From positions 19,693 through 83,692 of the forward strand of contig CAVYVC010000043.1 of NCBI GenBank assembly GCA_963771845.1: a stretch of 64,000 nucleotides of DNA, in the 5' to 3' direction. The notes beneath the pieces were generated by a model. The model ran no database searches, was not told the DNA's origin, and was given only the letters and a program-made list of their open reading frames with translations. Positions within the stretch are counted from its first letter, which is position 1; every line of letters starts with the position of its first letter. A program made the translations under genes and the position numbers. Positions 31,334 through 44,449 of the stretch are shown here, piece after piece. The stretch comes from an uncultured Alphaproteobacteria bacterium (GTDB lineage Bacteria; Pseudomonadota; Alphaproteobacteria; Rhizobiales; Xanthobacteraceae).

Positions 31334-32659
31334 TTAAACAAGGAATCGGTTCTTCGGGCGCGGCAGTCCGAGATTCTCGCGCAGCGTCTTGCCCTCATAT
31401 TGGCGCCGGAAAATTCCGCGCCGCCACAACTCCGGGATCACCCGTTCAACAAAATCATCGAGGCCGCCGGGAAGATAGGGAAACTGGATGGTGAAGCCGT
31501 CCGAGCCCTCGCTCGTCAGCCATTCTTCCATCTCGTCCGCAATGCTCGCGGGCGTGCCAACCATGGCGAGCCCGGCATGACCGCCGAGCCGTTGCGCGAG
31601 CTGCCGCACGGTGAGGTTCTCGCTTCTGGCGAGATCGATCGCCCGCTGCCGGCCACTCTTTGACGCATTGCTTTCGGGAATCTCGGGCAATGGCCCATCC
31701 GGATCGAATTTCGATGCGTCGTGGCCAAGTGCGATCGAGAGCGAGCCGATGGCATTGGCGTAATGCACGAGGCTGTCGAGCTTGGCGCGTTTCGCGCGCG
31801 CCTCCTCGATTGTATCCCCGACCACCACGAAGCAACCGGGGAGGATCTTCAGATGGTCGCGCGAGCGGCCAACCTTTTCCGCCCGGCTTTTCACATCGGC
31901 ATAGAACTCGCGGCCTGCGGCCAGGTTCGCCTGCGCCGTGAAAACAGCCTCGGCCGTCTCGGCGGCAAGCTGGCGTCCGGCATCGGAGGCGCCAGCCTGG
32001 ACGATCACCGGCCAGCCCTGGACTGGGCGCGCGATGTTGAGAGGGCCGCGGACGGAGAGATACTTGCCCTCGTGGTTGAGCACGTGCAGCTTGTCCGGAT
32101 CGAAATAAATCCCATTGTCGACGTCGCGAACGAAGGCATCATCTGCCCAGCTGTCCCACAGACCCGTGACCACGTCGTAGAATTCACGCGCGCGAGTATA
32201 ACGATCGCCGTGCTCCATATGCTCTTCCATGCCGAAATTGAGCGCTGCGTCGGGGTTGGACGTGGTCACGATGTTCCAGCCGGCGCGCCCGGCGCTGAGG
32301 TGATCCAGCGAGGCGAAGCGCCGCGCGATGTGGTAAGGCGCATCGAAGGTCGTTGAGCCCGTGGCCACAAGGCCGATGCGCTCGGTGACCTGAGACAACG
32401 CGGAGAGCAGGGTGAAGGGCTCGAACGAGGTCACCGTGTGGCTGCGCTTCAATGCGTCGATCGGCATATTGAGCACTGCCATATGGTCGGCCATGAAGAA
32501 CGCGTCGAATTTGGCGCGCTCCAGCGTCTGCGCAAAGCGCTTGAGGTGAGCGAAATTGAAATTCGCGTCTGGAAAAGCGCCAGGGTAACGCCAGGCTCCG
32601 GTATGGATGCTTGCTGGCCGCATGAAAGCAGCAAGCCGCAATTGGCGTGGTTCGCTCAT
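31334..32659 (-). CDS. LLM-class flavin-dependent monooxygenase (NtaA/SnaA/DszA family)
   Basis: LRLAAFMRPASIHTGAWRYPGA...FDAFFMADH and ~440 aa length. Trimmed to Met (MSEPRQL). Confidence 0.85.
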   Translation of the reverse strand: MSEPRQLRLAAFMRPASIHTGAWRYPGAFPDANFNFAHLKRFAQTLERAKFDAFFMADHMAVLNMPIDALKRSHTVTSFEPFTLLSALSQVTERIGLVATGSTTFDAPYHIARRFASLDHLSAGRAGWNIVTTSNPDAALNFGMEEHMEHGDRYTRAREFYDVVTGLWDSWADDAFVRDVDNGIYFDPDKLHVLNHEGKYLSVRGPLNIARPVQGWPVIVQAGASDAGRQLAAETAEAVFTAQANLAAGREFYADVKSRAEKVGRSRDHLKILPGCFVVVGDTIEEARAKRAKLDSLVHYANAIGSLSIALGHDASKFDPDGPLPEIPESNASKSGRQRAIDLARSENLTVRQLAQRLGGHAGLAMVGTPASIADEMEEWLTSEGSDGFTIQFPYLPGGLDDFVERVIPELWRRGIFRRQYEGKTLRENLGLPRPKNRFLV

Positions 32660-32747
32660 TGGAGAACCCCTTGCAAAGTCAGCGCCGGAAACAGCGCGAA
32701 ACGATATCGAGCAGGCAATCGAGCGGCAATGCGTGTGCAATTCGCGG

Positions 32748-33914
32748 CTAGGCGGCGAGATCAGCTACGACCGCATCGAGAATAGGAAAGCCCGCCTGGG
32801 TGGCGCGCAATCTCCCGCGCGGAGTCAATTCCACCGCCCCTTGGTCGCGCAACAGCTTGATCCGGCGCGAATCGAGAGGCCGGCCGGAAATCCGCGCAAA
32901 GCGCAGCGGATCGACACCCTCGGTGAGGCGAAGGCCCATGAGCAGAAACTCATCGCCAATCTCCTCCTGCGTGAGCGTTTCATCGCTGGTCATTCCATGC
33001 CCGCGTTCTTCGACTCGCGTGAGCCAGGCCTGCGGCTCCCGTTCCGTCGCGGTCGCATGCCGGGCGCCGCCGATGACGAGACGGCCATGCGCGCCCGGAC
33101 CGATACCGGCATATTCATGGCCTCTCCAATAGATGAGGTTGTGGCGGCATTGCGCGCCTGGACGAGCGTGATTGGAGACTTCGTAGGCGGGTAGCCCGGC
33201 ATCCGCGCACAAGCATTGCGTGATGTCGAAGAGCGCGCGCGCGGTATCCTCGTCGGGCGTCGTCAGCTTGCCCGACCTATGCAGCAGATGAAAAGGCGTG
33301 CCTTCCTCAATTGTGAGCTGGTATAGCGACAGGTGCTCGCCTGCTTCCGAAAGCGCACGTTTAAGCTCGCTGGCCCAAGCTTCGACAGCTTGCCCCGGAC
33401 GGGCGTAGATGAGATCGAACGAGTATCGATCGAATACCGAGCGTGCGACGGCCACAGCATCGAGTGCCTCGCGCGCGGAATGCAAACGGCCAAGCTCGCG
33501 AAGCGCGGCATCGTCCAGTGCCTGCAAGCCGATGGAGACGCGATTGACGCCGGCGAGCCGGTATCCGCGGAAGCAACTCGCTTCGACACTGGTTGGATTG
33601 GCTTCGAGTGTGACTTCCGCATCGGCTGCCATCGGCCAGTGCTGCGCAATGGCATCAAGAATTGCCTCAACTGTTGCGGGCTGCATGAGCGACGGCGTGC
33701 CGCCGCCGAAAAAGATGGTGGAGACGATTCGATCAGGAACGCGCGCCGCCGTCGCCGCGATCTCGGACGTGAAAGCGCGCACGAAACGCAACTCATCCGG
33801 TCCGGCATGGCGCACATGGCTGTTGAAATCGCAATAGGGGCACTTCGAGAGGCAGAACGGCCAATGAATGTAGACGCCGAAGGCCGCGGTATCGATGCGA
33901 TCAGTGTTTTCCAA
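32748..33914 (-). CDS. hemW: radical SAM heme chaperone HemW (HemN-like)
   Basis: CxxxCxxC radical-SAM motif (FCLSKCPYCDF). A TTG start at 33914 would overlap the rdgB stop. The longer 33986 start is less likely. Confidence 0.85.
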   Translation of the reverse strand: MENTDRIDTAAFGVYIHWPFCLSKCPYCDFNSHVRHAGPDELRFVRAFTSEIAATAARVPDRIVSTIFFGGGTPSLMQPATVEAILDAIAQHWPMAADAEVTLEANPTSVEASCFRGYRLAGVNRVSIGLQALDDAALRELGRLHSAREALDAVAVARSVFDRYSFDLIYARPGQAVEAWASELKRALSEAGEHLSLYQLTIEEGTPFHLLHRSGKLTTPDEDTARALFDITQCLCADAGLPAYEVSNHARPGAQCRHNLIYWRGHEYAGIGPGAHGRLVIGGARHATATEREPQAWLTRVEERGHGMTSDETLTQEEIGDEFLLMGLRLTEGVDPLRFARISGRPLDSRRIKLLRDQGAVELTPRGRLRATQAGFPILDAVVADLAA

Positions 33915-34575
33915 AGCAGGCCTCCGCCAGCTTGAGAAAGGCACGGGCACGATGGGACAAGCCTTGCCCGCGCGGCGGCAGAGCATGCTTTTCCTCGCTC
34001 GTCATCTCGCCGAACGTCCTGGTATGGCCGTCCGGCAGAAATATGGAATCGTAACCGAATCCCTGATCGCCGCGCGGAGGCCAGAGCAGGGTGCCATCGA
34101 CACTTGCTTCGAATTCTTCCGTATGCCTATCGGGCCACGCCAGGCATAGCGCGGAAATGAAATGCGCCCTGCGTTGAGCGGGCGCCAACGCGCCGCGCTG
34201 GCGCAGTTTTTCTTCCACCATTTCCATTGCGCGGCGGAAATCTTTTTCCGGTCCAGCCCAGCGCGCCGAATAGATTCCGGGCTCGCCGCCGAGCGCATCG
34301 ACCGCGAGCCCGGAATCATCGGCAAAGGCCGCCATTCCCGAGGCAATAGCCGCGCTCACCGCCTTGGCACGAGCATTCGCGGCAAATGTCGTCCCGCTTT
34401 CGTCCGGCTCGGTCAAGCCAAGTTCGCCCACTGATACCGTCTCGATACCGAAGGACACGAGCAATTCGCGCATCTCCCGCAGCTTTCCGGGATTGTGCGT
34501 GGCAAGCACAAGCCGGCCAGTGACCGTTCGATGACCGCAACCGGCCGATCTCGTCCTGGATGAAAGTGAACTCAC
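33901..34575 (-). CDS. rdgB: RdgB/HAM1 non-canonical purine NTP pyrophosphatase
   Basis: [18 protein letters not shown]...FGYDSIF pattern. GTGA overlap with the rph stop. Confidence 0.85.
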   Translation of the reverse strand: MSSLSSRTRSAGCGHRTVTGRLVLATHNPGKLREMRELLVSFGIETVSVGELGLTEPDESGTTFAANARAKAVSAAIASGMAAFADDSGLAVDALGGEPGIYSARWAGPEKDFRRAMEMVEEKLRQRGALAPAQRRAHFISALCLAWPDRHTEEFEASVDGTLLWPPRGDQGFGYDSIFLPDGHTRTFGEMTSEEKHALPPRGQGLSHRARAFLKLAEACFGKH

Positions 34576-35285
34576 ATCACCGCCAGCTTCTGCAGATCGA
34601 CGAGCTTCATCAGCCCCTTCCTCGCCAGCGCCAGCAATTCGAGAAATTGTTCTTCGCTGAAGGGAATCTTCTCAGCGGTGCCTTGCACCTCGACGAGCCG
34701 GCCTTGGCCGGTCATCACAAAATTTGCATCAGTGTCGGCCGATGAATCCTCGGCGTAATCCAGATCGAGCACGCACGTGCCGGCGCAAATTCCGCATGAG
34801 ATTGCAGCAACATGGTCACGCAGCGGCTCTCCCTTGAGCATATCGCGAGCCTTCATCCAGCTCACGCAGTCGTAGAGCGCAACCCAGGCGCCGGTGATCG
34901 CCGCCGTCCGAGTCCCGCCGTCGGCTTGAATGACGTCGCAATCGAGCGTGATCTGCCGCTCCCCGAGCGCCGGCAAATCGAGCACCGCACGCAGGCTGCG
35001 CCCGATCAGACGCTGGATCTCGATGGTGCGGCCGGTCTGCTTGCCGGTTGACGCCTCACGCCGTGTGCGCTCCGAGGTTGCCCTCGGCAGCATGCCATAT
35101 TCAGCGGTCACCCAGCCGCGCGCTTGCCCTTTGAGCCAGGGCGGAAGCCGATCTTCGAGGCTCGCCGTGACCAGCACGTGGGTGTCGCCGAATTTCACGA
35201 AGCAGGATCCCTCCGCATATTTCACCACGCCGCGTTCGAGCGAGACGGCACGCAGCTCGTCGGGTTGTCGGCGGCTCGGCCGCAT
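34572..35285 (-). CDS. rph: ribonuclease PH
   Basis: [38 protein letters not shown]...[15 protein letters not shown]. 238 aa after trimming. Confidence 0.92.
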   Translation of the reverse strand: MRPSRRQPDELRAVSLERGVVKYAEGSCFVKFGDTHVLVTASLEDRLPPWLKGQARGWVTAEYGMLPRATSERTRREASTGKQTGRTIEIQRLIGRSLRAVLDLPALGERQITLDCDVIQADGGTRTAAITGAWVALYDCVSWMKARDMLKGEPLRDHVAAISCGICAGTCVLDLDYAEDSSADTDANFVMTGQGRLVEVQGTAEKIPFSEEQFLELLALARKGLMKLVDLQKLAVM

Positions 35286-35492
35286 CGTGTTCTCCCGCAG
35301 CGGAAGGATTTGCAAGCGCAAGCTTTTAGGTGTCCCCGCGGGCGGCGACAAGAGGCGGCGGCAGCTTGGAACCCGGCAGGTCGCGTGCCGGACTTTGCGG
35401 TGTGTTAAAACCGGCGCGCGCCAGCACTGCGCATGTGTCTTGCGCTTGCCTGCCCGAATGGACAATTCTCAGGCGAGTTGATGGAGGCATGA

Positions 35493-36587
35493 TTGTCCCA
35501 CGACGTCCCGATTGGCACAACGCAAGTGAGTCTTGCTCAGCTCAATGAGCGCTCGCGCGACATTTTTCGACAAATCGTCGAGAGCTATCTTGCAACCGGA
35601 GAGCCGGTTGGCTCGCGCAACATCTCTCGCTTGATCACGACCCCGCTGTCGCCGGCCTCCGTTCGCAACGTCATGTCCGACCTCGAGCAACTCGGGCTGA
35701 TCTATGCTCCGCACATCTCCGCCGGCCGGCTGCCGACCGAGTTCGGGCTGCGGTTTTTTGTCGACGCGCTGATGGAAATTGGCGATCTCGGCGAAGCGGA
35801 TCGCCGCGAAATGGAGGCGAAGGTCGCTGCGGCCGGAAAATCTATTGACGCGGTCCTCAACGAAGCCTCCGGGATGCTCTCGGGCCTCACGCGAGCAGCC
35901 GGGGTCGTGTTGGCCGCCAAATCAAATGTACGATTGAAGCACATTGAGTTCGTGCGGCTCGAGCCCGAACGTGCCCTGGTCATTCTGGTCTCGGAGGATG
36001 GCCAGGTCGAGAACCGCGTCGTCGCCGTTCCCACGGGCTTGCCGCCATCCGCACTCACTGAGGCGTCGAACTTCCTCAACTCCCATGTCCGCGGGCGGAC
36101 CCTGGCCGAAGCCAGGGGCGAGCTCGAACAATCCCTGGCAGCGGGCCAGGCCGAACTCGATCAACTCACGCAGAAGATCGTTTCAGCCGGCCTTGCGAGT
36201 TGGTCGGGAGGGGGAAGCGAGGAACGCAAGCTGATCGTTCGCGGCGCTGCCCACCTGCTTGACGACCTCAAGGTGGCAGAGGATCTGGAGCGGGTGCGGC
36301 TTCTCTTCGATGATCTGGAGACCAAACGCGGCGTCGTCGATCTGCTGGGCCGGGCCGAGCAGGCGCAAGGCGCGCGCATCTTTATTGGGTCGGAGAACAA
36401 GCTTTTCTCGCTTTCGGGCTCTTCCACCATTGTCGCGCCCTATCGTGACGGCGCCGGGCGCATTATCGGCGTGATCGGGGTCATCGGCCCGACCCGGCTC
36501 AATTATGCCCGCGTAATTCCAATGGTCGACTACACCGCACAGGTCGTGAGCAAGGTGATCGGCTCCGATTTGCCTCGCGGCGCTTGA
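35493..36587 (+). CDS. hrcA: heat-inducible transcription repressor HrcA
   Basis: [30 protein letters not shown] winged-helix N-terminus. Located upstream of grpE. TTG start. Confidence 0.9.
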   Translation: MSHDVPIGTTQVSLAQLNERSRDIFRQIVESYLATGEPVGSRNISRLITTPLSPASVRNVMSDLEQLGLIYAPHISAGRLPTEFGLRFFVDALMEIGDLGEADRREMEAKVAAAGKSIDAVLNEASGMLSGLTRAAGVVLAAKSNVRLKHIEFVRLEPERALVILVSEDGQVENRVVAVPTGLPPSALTEASNFLNSHVRGRTLAEARGELEQSLAAGQAELDQLTQKIVSAGLASWSGGGSEERKLIVRGAAHLLDDLKVAEDLERVRLLFDDLETKRGVVDLLGRAEQAQGARIFIGSENKLFSLSGSSTIVAPYRDGAGRIIGVIGVIGPTRLNYARVIPMVDYTAQVVSKVIGSDLPRGA

Positions 36588-36648
36588 TTTTTTCGCTGCG
36601 AACGCTGATATCCGCAGAGGTTAGTGCGGCACTGCGAATGGGAAGCTG

Positions 36649-37266
36649 ATGGCGGATACCGACGACCGCAACGTCGATACGGCTGTTCCAACTGAGAGTG
36701 CGCCCGCGGCGGCATCGGAGACGATTGATCCTGCCGACCACGAGCGTGTTGCGGCCGAGTACAAGGACAAGCTCCTGCGCGTGCTTGCGGAAATGGAGAA
36801 CCTGCGGCGGCGAACAGAACGCGAGATCGCAGACGCGCGGACATACGGGGTTTCGTCTTTTGCGCGCGATATCCTTGCGGTTGCCGATAATATGGATCGG
36901 GCTCTGCAGGCGCTTGACGCAGAGATACGGGAGAATGCGGATGCCAGCGTCAAGGCGCTGCTGGACGGAGTTGAACTGACCGAACGTGAGCTGCACAAGG
37001 TGCTCGAGAAGCACGGCGTGAAAAAGTTCGCTCCGCTCGGAGAAAAGTTCGATCCGAACCTCCATCAAGCCATGTTCGAACTGCCGGATGAGTCGCGGCC
37101 GGCCGGAACCGTCGCTCAGGTGATACAGCCGGGCTACATGATCGGGGAGCGGATTTTGCGGCCCGCCCTGGTTGCGGTGGCGAAGGGCGGCCCAAAACCG
37201 GCCGCTGAAGCGCCGGCAAATGACAACGCGGGGGCGGTATCGGAAGATCCCCAGCGCTCGGCCTGA
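36649..37266 (+). CDS. grpE: nucleotide exchange factor GrpE
   Basis: [17 protein letters not shown]...DPNLHQAM pattern, 205 aa. Confidence 0.92.
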   Translation: MADTDDRNVDTAVPTESAPAAASETIDPADHERVAAEYKDKLLRVLAEMENLRRRTEREIADARTYGVSSFARDILAVADNMDRALQALDAEIRENADASVKALLDGVELTERELHKVLEKHGVKKFAPLGEKFDPNLHQAMFELPDESRPAGTVAQVIQPGYMIGERILRPALVAVAKGGPKPAAEAPANDNAGAVSEDPQRSA

Positions 37267-37284
37267 ACAGCAGATTATCCTCAC

Positions 37285-38430
37285 ATGATCCGCAGCACGG
37301 AGCGGTTTCTCACGACGCATACCGGCAGCCTGCCCCGCCCCGACGATCTCATCCGGATGATGTATGCCAAGGAAGAGGGCGTGCCGGTCGAAGGGCAAGC
37401 GCTCGCAGTGCGAGTACGCGCGGCAGTCGCCGAGGTCGTCAAAAAGCAGGTCGATGTCGGCATCGATATCGTCAACGACGGAGAGACCTCGAAGCCGAGC
37501 TACGCGACCTATGTCAAGGACCGGCTCGATGGCTTTGGCGGGACCGGAAACACCTTCGTCTATCAGGACCTGGTTGATTTTCCTGATCTCGCCAAGCGCG
37601 TGTTCGGCGATCCCGGGCGATCCCGACGCAAGACGCCCGCTTGCAACGCCCCGATTCGCGTGCGCGATGAAAACGCAGCGAAGGTCGATGTCGAAAACCT
37701 CAAGAGGGCGCTCGCTGCGGCGAACGCAACGCGTGCTTTCCTGAGCGCGGCGTCTCCCGGTGTCGTTTCACTATTCTTTCGCAATGATCATTACCCCAGC
37801 CAGGAGGCTTATCTGTTTGCGATCGCGGACGCCATGAGGCACGAGTACGAGGCCGTGGCGGCTGCCGGGATCGTGCTGCAGATCGATTGTCCCGATCTCG
37901 CCATGGGCCGGCACATTCAATATGCCGCGCTTAGTCTTTCTGAGTTTCGCAAGCGCGCCGCCATGCACATCGCGGCGCTCAACCATGCGGTTGCAAATAT
38001 CCCGCCCGAGCAGTTGCGAATGCATGTGTGCTGGGGAAACTACGAGGGGCCCCATCATTGCGACGTCCCGCTCGCCGATATCATCGATCTTGTTTTTACG
38101 GCTCGCCCCAGCGCCATCTCGTTCGAGGCCGCCAATCCCCGCCATGGACACGAGTGGACGCTCTTCGAACGGGTCAAGCTGCCGGCCGGCAAGGTGCTCA
38201 TTCCCGGAGTCATCGAGTCCAAATCGAATTTCATCGAGCATCCCGAGCTGGTTGCGCAGCGCCTTGGCCGATACGCCAAGCTCGTCGGCCGCGAGAACGT
38301 CATTGCCGGCAGTGACTGCGGCTACGGGACCTGGGTGGGACAGGCTGCGGTCGATCCTGACGTGGTGTGGGCCAAGCTTGGCGCGATGGTGGAAGGAGCG
38401 CGAATAGCCTCCCGGCGGTTCTGGCAGTAA
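37285..38430 (+). CDS. cobalamin-independent methionine synthase II (MetE C-terminal-like) family protein
   Basis: FLTTHTGSLPRP N-terminus, IVNDGE, and the Zn-ligand region H..C.G pattern (MHVCWGNY). 381 aa. Confidence 0.8.
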   Translation: MIRSTERFLTTHTGSLPRPDDLIRMMYAKEEGVPVEGQALAVRVRAAVAEVVKKQVDVGIDIVNDGETSKPSYATYVKDRLDGFGGTGNTFVYQDLVDFPDLAKRVFGDPGRSRRKTPACNAPIRVRDENAAKVDVENLKRALAAANATRAFLSAASPGVVSLFFRNDHYPSQEAYLFAIADAMRHEYEAVAAAGIVLQIDCPDLAMGRHIQYAALSLSEFRKRAAMHIAALNHAVANIPPEQLRMHVCWGNYEGPHHCDVPLADIIDLVFTARPSAISFEAANPRHGHEWTLFERVKLPAGKVLIPGVIESKSNFIEHPELVAQRLGRYAKLVGRENVIAGSDCGYGTWVGQAAVDPDVVWAKLGAMVEGARIASRRFWQ

Positions 38431-38448
38431 CTCCGCCCAGGAAAGCTT

Positions 38449-39390
38449 TCAGCGCGGTTCGATGCTGTCCCGGACGGCTCTAAAGCGAGGATAAGCCGCC
38501 TGCCAGGCATCCACGCGCGCGATTCCCACCACCTGCAGATAGCCGCCTCCCCCGAAGCGCAGCCATTGCACGACGGTCAAATCCATCATGCCGGCGGGAT
38601 CGCGTGCCTGCGCCATAATCTGATGACCGGGCTGACCGATGATGCGCAGCGGTTCAGAGCTGGTCACCCGGACATCCCGGACGTTGGGAATGGTCGCAAA
38701 TACGTCGCGCGCGAAGGCGTCGCGATCGCTGGTCTGTGACGGCCCGCCCGCACCGATGGAAACAAAAATGTGAGGCAGGGGCTGCGCCGTCGCTGGCACC
38801 GGCGGATCGCCGAGCACGACCGCTCGTCCCGGGAGGATGCCTCCAATCTCAAAACCGGCGAGATCGTTGATCTTGAACGGCAGCAAACCAAGCTGCTCGT
38901 CGACAGGAACGTTGGATCTGATCGCGAGCGTTGCGAGTGCCGCGCGGACCGCGCTGTCGGAATATACGATCCTCGCAGGATCGGGAATCTGGGCCGTCAC
39001 CAGCGCGGTGAGGGCAGGGGAGGAGGCGATCAAGATCCATTTGCGGATTTTTGTTTTTTCGACCTGCTGATGCCCAATGACGAGAAACGCTTTCCCCGAC
39101 GCAAGCGACATTGGTTCGCGCTTCTCGAAAAGGAGGCCCTGGGTTTTAAGCGCGTCCGCGGTCATGGTTCTTTCGAGCTCCGGGTAAGCCTCGGCGGGGA
39201 GCGCGGAGAGAATGATCGCGGCGCTCGCGTTGAAATCCTCAAAGCCGAAGAAATTCGTGCTGGTCGCCATGCCCGCTGGGGGTGCGAGCCCCAGGCGCGA
39301 CCCCGGGGGATAGACCACTTCGGCCGCCTGCGCGGGCGGCGCAGCAGCGGCGAGCGCAAGCACGACCAAAAGCGGGGGCAGGAAGGCCAT
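38449..39390 (-). CDS. secreted hypothetical protein
   Basis: Signal peptide MAFLPPLLVVLALAAAAPPAQA. No recognisable domain. An alternative start lies at 39420. Confidence 0.5.
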   Translation of the reverse strand: MAFLPPLLVVLALAAAAPPAQAAEVVYPPGSRLGLAPPAGMATSTNFFGFEDFNASAAIILSALPAEAYPELERTMTADALKTQGLLFEKREPMSLASGKAFLVIGHQQVEKTKIRKWILIASSPALTALVTAQIPDPARIVYSDSAVRAALATLAIRSNVPVDEQLGLLPFKINDLAGFEIGGILPGRAVVLGDPPVPATAQPLPHIFVSIGAGGPSQTSDRDAFARDVFATIPNVRDVRVTSSEPLRIIGQPGHQIMAQARDPAGMMDLTVVQWLRFGGGGYLQVVGIARVDAWQAAYPRFRAVRDSIEPR

Positions 39391-39574
39391 GAGGTACGAT
39401 CTTAGCGCAACAACGCGCAAAAATACGGCAGCCTCTCACGGCGGCCAGACCAGGAGCCGAGCCGCATGGGCCTGCACGGGAGAGCTCCCTCCGGTTGGAG
39501 TGCAAACTGCGGTCGCCAAGGTGCGCGGTGCCTTCCAAACCCGTGGCTTGGCTCGCGATTCCGCGATCACATGT

Positions 39575-39602
39575 CTTGCGGGCAAATCGCGCCCGCCTAT
39601 AT
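39575..39602 (+). promoter_or_regulatory. putative RpoH (sigma32)-type promoter of dnaKJ
   Basis: CTTG, 17-nt spacer, CCTATAT, about 135 nt upstream of the dnaK ATG. This matches the alphaproteobacterial CTTG-N17-CYTATNT consensus as I recall it. Confidence 0.45.
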
Positions 39603-39735
39603 GAGCGAGGAGCCGCCGGCTGGCGGCACCGGATGTAAAAAAGGGGGTTGGCAGAGGGGCGCCAAGAACCGGGATCTCCGTCGGGGATGCCGAGAGGGCC
39701 CAGCCGACCTGCCGCAGAGAGAGGATGTGAAAACA

Positions 39736-41670
<1,935 letters not shown>

Positions 41671-41715
41671 CGCCGTGAGCGGCGGGTGTTTGCATGCCTG
41701 CTTGCAGCAACTCGA

Positions 41716-41749
41716 CACCCCCGGAGTTCGAGCCGGGGGTTTACTTTTT
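41716..41749 (+). terminator. rho-independent terminator-like hairpin after dnaK
   Basis: acccccgg-agttcgag-ccgggggt stem followed by ttacttttt. Confidence 0.55.
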
Positions 41750-41818
41750 GAAGCGGGCAAGTGAACAGGTAGGATTGGGGACAACTCAGTGACGGACACG
41801 ATGAACATGGACGCGCGC

Positions 41819-42946
41819 ATGGCCAAGCGCTGCTATTACGAAGTTCTTGAGGTCGACCGCACTGCCGGTGAGGGGGAATTGAAATCGGCCTTTCGCAAGC
41901 TGGCCATGAAATGGCACCCCGATCGCAATCCCGGCGACAAAAGTTGCGAGCCGCGCTTCAAGGAAATCAACGAAGCCTACGAGGTCCTCAAAGATCCGGA
42001 CAAGCGCGCCGCGTATGATCGCTTTGGCCATGCCGCGTTCGAGAATCGCCCGGCGGGCGGGCCGGGCGGCTTTGGCCCGGATTTTACCTCCGCGTTTTCC
42101 GACCTGTTCGAAGGCATCTTCGGCATGGGCGGCGCGCGTGCCCGCTCCGGCCGCGAGCGCGGTGCGGACCTGCGCTACAACATGGAGATCCGGCTAGAGG
42201 AAGCCTATTCCGGCAAAACCGCACAAGTCCGTATTCCCACCTCGGTGACGTGCGAGGCATGCTCGGGTTCGGGCGCAAAGACCGGCACGCGACCGAAAAC
42301 CTGTCCAACCTGTGCCGGCCAAGGCCGCGTGCGTCATGCCCAGGGTTTTTTCACCCTGGAGAGGACCTGTCCGAACTGTCAGGGCCGCGGGCAGGTGATC
42401 GAAAGCCCCTGTCCATCCTGCTCGGGTTCGGGCAGAGTAACGCGCGAGCGCACTCTCTCGGTCAATATTCCTCCCGGGGTGGAGGACGGCACCCGCATTC
42501 GCCTCGCGGGCGAAGGGGAAGCCGGTGTACGCGGTGGTCCGGCGGGGGACCTCTACATTTTTCTTTCCATTGGAGCACACCCGTTTTTCCAGCGGGAAGG
42601 AGCCGATCTCCATTGCCGCGTGCCGATCTCGATGGTGACGGCCGCGCTGGGAGGCGAATTCGAGGTGCCGGCGATCGACGGGACTAATACGCGCGTGAAG
42701 GTGCCGGAGGGCACCCAGTCCGGCCGGCGCTTCCGCATTCACAGCAAGGGCATGCCGGTGCTGCGCAGCAAGCAGTGTGGCGATATGTACGTTCAGGTCG
42801 TCGTCGAAACACCGCAGAAGCTCACCAAGCGTCAGCGCGAGTTACTCGCCGAATTCGAGCGATTGTCGTCCAAGGATACGCAGCCGGAATCGGCTGGATT
42901 CTTCGGCAAGGTGAAGGACTTCCTGGCGCGCTCCGCCTCCTCCTGA
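41819..42946 (+). CDS. dnaJ: molecular chaperone DnaJ
   Basis: J-domain with HPD ([10 protein letters not shown]), a G/F region, and four CxxCxGxG zinc-finger repeats. Confidence 0.95.
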   Translation: MAKRCYYEVLEVDRTAGEGELKSAFRKLAMKWHPDRNPGDKSCEPRFKEINEAYEVLKDPDKRAAYDRFGHAAFENRPAGGPGGFGPDFTSAFSDLFEGIFGMGGARARSGRERGADLRYNMEIRLEEAYSGKTAQVRIPTSVTCEACSGSGAKTGTRPKTCPTCAGQGRVRHAQGFFTLERTCPNCQGRGQVIESPCPSCSGSGRVTRERTLSVNIPPGVEDGTRIRLAGEGEAGVRGGPAGDLYIFLSIGAHPFFQREGADLHCRVPISMVTAALGGEFEVPAIDGTNTRVKVPEGTQSGRRFRIHSKGMPVLRSKQCGDMYVQVVVETPQKLTKRQRELLAEFERLSSKDTQPESAGFFGKVKDFLARSASS

Positions 42947-43024
42947 CAACTTGCCGCTTGACCCCTGCGTCGGCGCGTCTTACCGGTTAGCTCAGGCTTG
43001 TATTTCTCAGTATCGCCCGCGCCA

Positions 43025-43780
43025 ATGGCACTCCCAGCGTTGCAACTTCTTGAAATAAAATTTGAACAGCAGAAACGCATGTTCGAGCTGAAGAAGGGTG
43101 CGCTGGAGCGGAAGATCGAGCAGCACATTGCGTTGTTCGAGGAGCGAAAGGACGCCTTCGAAAGAAAAATCGAGCGGCAAATTAAGAATCGCAAACGGAA
43201 GTTCGAAGAGAGTTTCGAATCTCTGGATGACGACATGCGCTTTTTCCGCACATGGTTCGAGAAGCCGTTGCGGGTGGGCGCGGTCACGCCTTCGAGCAAG
43301 GCGCTCGCGCGCACCATGGCTGCCTATATCGATCCCGCGGCGCCCGGACCGATCATTGAGCTCGGGCCGGGCACTGGTCCCATCACGGAAGCTCTGGTCG
43401 CACAGGGGATTGATCCTGGGCGGCTCGTGCTGGTCGAATTCGACGCAACGTTCTGCCGAATGTTGCGGGCGCGCTATCCGTCTGCGACCGTGGTTCAGGG
43501 CGATGCTTATGGGCTCAAACGCATTCTCGGAAATTTTCTCCGTGAGCCGGCAGCGGCGGTAGTGTCCGGGCTTCCGCTCTTCACCAAGCCGCTGCGGGTG
43601 CGTTTGCGGCTGCTGTTTGAGGCCTTCGGCCTGATGTTGCCGGGCGCGCCGTTCGTGCAGTTCACGTACAATGCCGTCGCGCCAATCCCGACCAGACTCG
43701 ATCGCGTTCGAGTGCAGGCCTCGGAGCGGGTATGGATGAATATTCCGCCAGCGCGGGTGTGGGTCTACCGCAGAGATTGA
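43025..43780 (+). CDS. class I SAM-dependent methyltransferase (phospholipid N-methyltransferase-like)
   Basis: SAM motif IIELGPGTGPITEAL preceded by VGAVTPSSKALARTM. The N-terminal extension is a charged coiled-coil. Start uncertain (TTG at 42998 is possible). Confidence 0.65.
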   Translation: MALPALQLLEIKFEQQKRMFELKKGALERKIEQHIALFEERKDAFERKIERQIKNRKRKFEESFESLDDDMRFFRTWFEKPLRVGAVTPSSKALARTMAAYIDPAAPGPIIELGPGTGPITEALVAQGIDPGRLVLVEFDATFCRMLRARYPSATVVQGDAYGLKRILGNFLREPAAAVVSGLPLFTKPLRVRLRLLFEAFGLMLPGAPFVQFTYNAVAPIPTRLDRVRVQASERVWMNIPPARVWVYRRD

Positions 43781-43861
43781 CGACGGAGGACGGAAGACGG
43801 AAGGACAGCGGCGGAATATGCTCTTGTCGTCTGTCGTGGGTCCTCTGTCGTCTAGACTTTC

Positions 43862-44449
43862 ATGCCTGCCCCGAAAATCTTGGTCATCCCGGGCTCGTTC
43901 GGCGCACAATCCTACAATGTGCGGCTTGCCGCGTTGGCGACCAAGGAACTGACAATAGTGGATGCCGACGTCACGCGCATCTCGCTGATTGATTATCCAT
44001 TGCCGATCTATGACGCCGATTTCGCAGCGCAATCCGAACCGCCGCAGAATGCGGTGCGGCTCAAGCAATTGATGTGTGCCCATCACGGCGTCTTCCTGGC
44101 GAGTCCTGAATACAACGCCTCCATCGCGCCGCTGATGAAGAATACGATCGACTGGATCTCGATCGTGCGCGAGCACGGAGAGCCGCCGCTGGCTGCCTTT
44201 GCGAATCGTGTTTTTGCCTTAGCTGGAGCATCAGCTGGACGCTCCGGGGCGACGGCGTCATTATTGTCGTTGCGCCAGGTGCTCTCGGTCGGCTGCCGGG
44301 CACTTGTTTTGGCAGAACAGGTGAGCGTGCCGAATGCCGCTCAGGCTTTCGACGAGATGGACGAACTCAAGGATTCGCAAGCGGTCGACGAGCTTCGCCT
44401 CGTGGTGCGAAGATTGGTCGAGGCGGCGAGCCTTTTGGCCGGCGAGTGA
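43862..44449 (+). CDS. NAD(P)H-dependent FMN reductase family oxidoreductase
   Basis: KILVIPGSFGAQSYN...SPEYNASI flavodoxin-like pattern. Confidence 0.8.
   Translation: MPAPKILVIPGSFGAQSYNVRLAALATKELTIVDADVTRISLIDYPLPIYDADFAAQSEPPQNAVRLKQLMCAHHGVFLASPEYNASIAPLMKNTIDWISIVREHGEPPLAAFANRVFALAGASAGRSGATASLLSLRQVLSVGCRALVLAEQVSVPNAAQAFDEMDELKDSQAVDELRLVVRRLVEAASLLAGE

Noticed and set aside
43007-44176. 389-aa minus-strand ORF
   Set aside because: It is a shadow ORF opposite the methyltransferase and FMN-reductase genes, which both carry clear family motifs.
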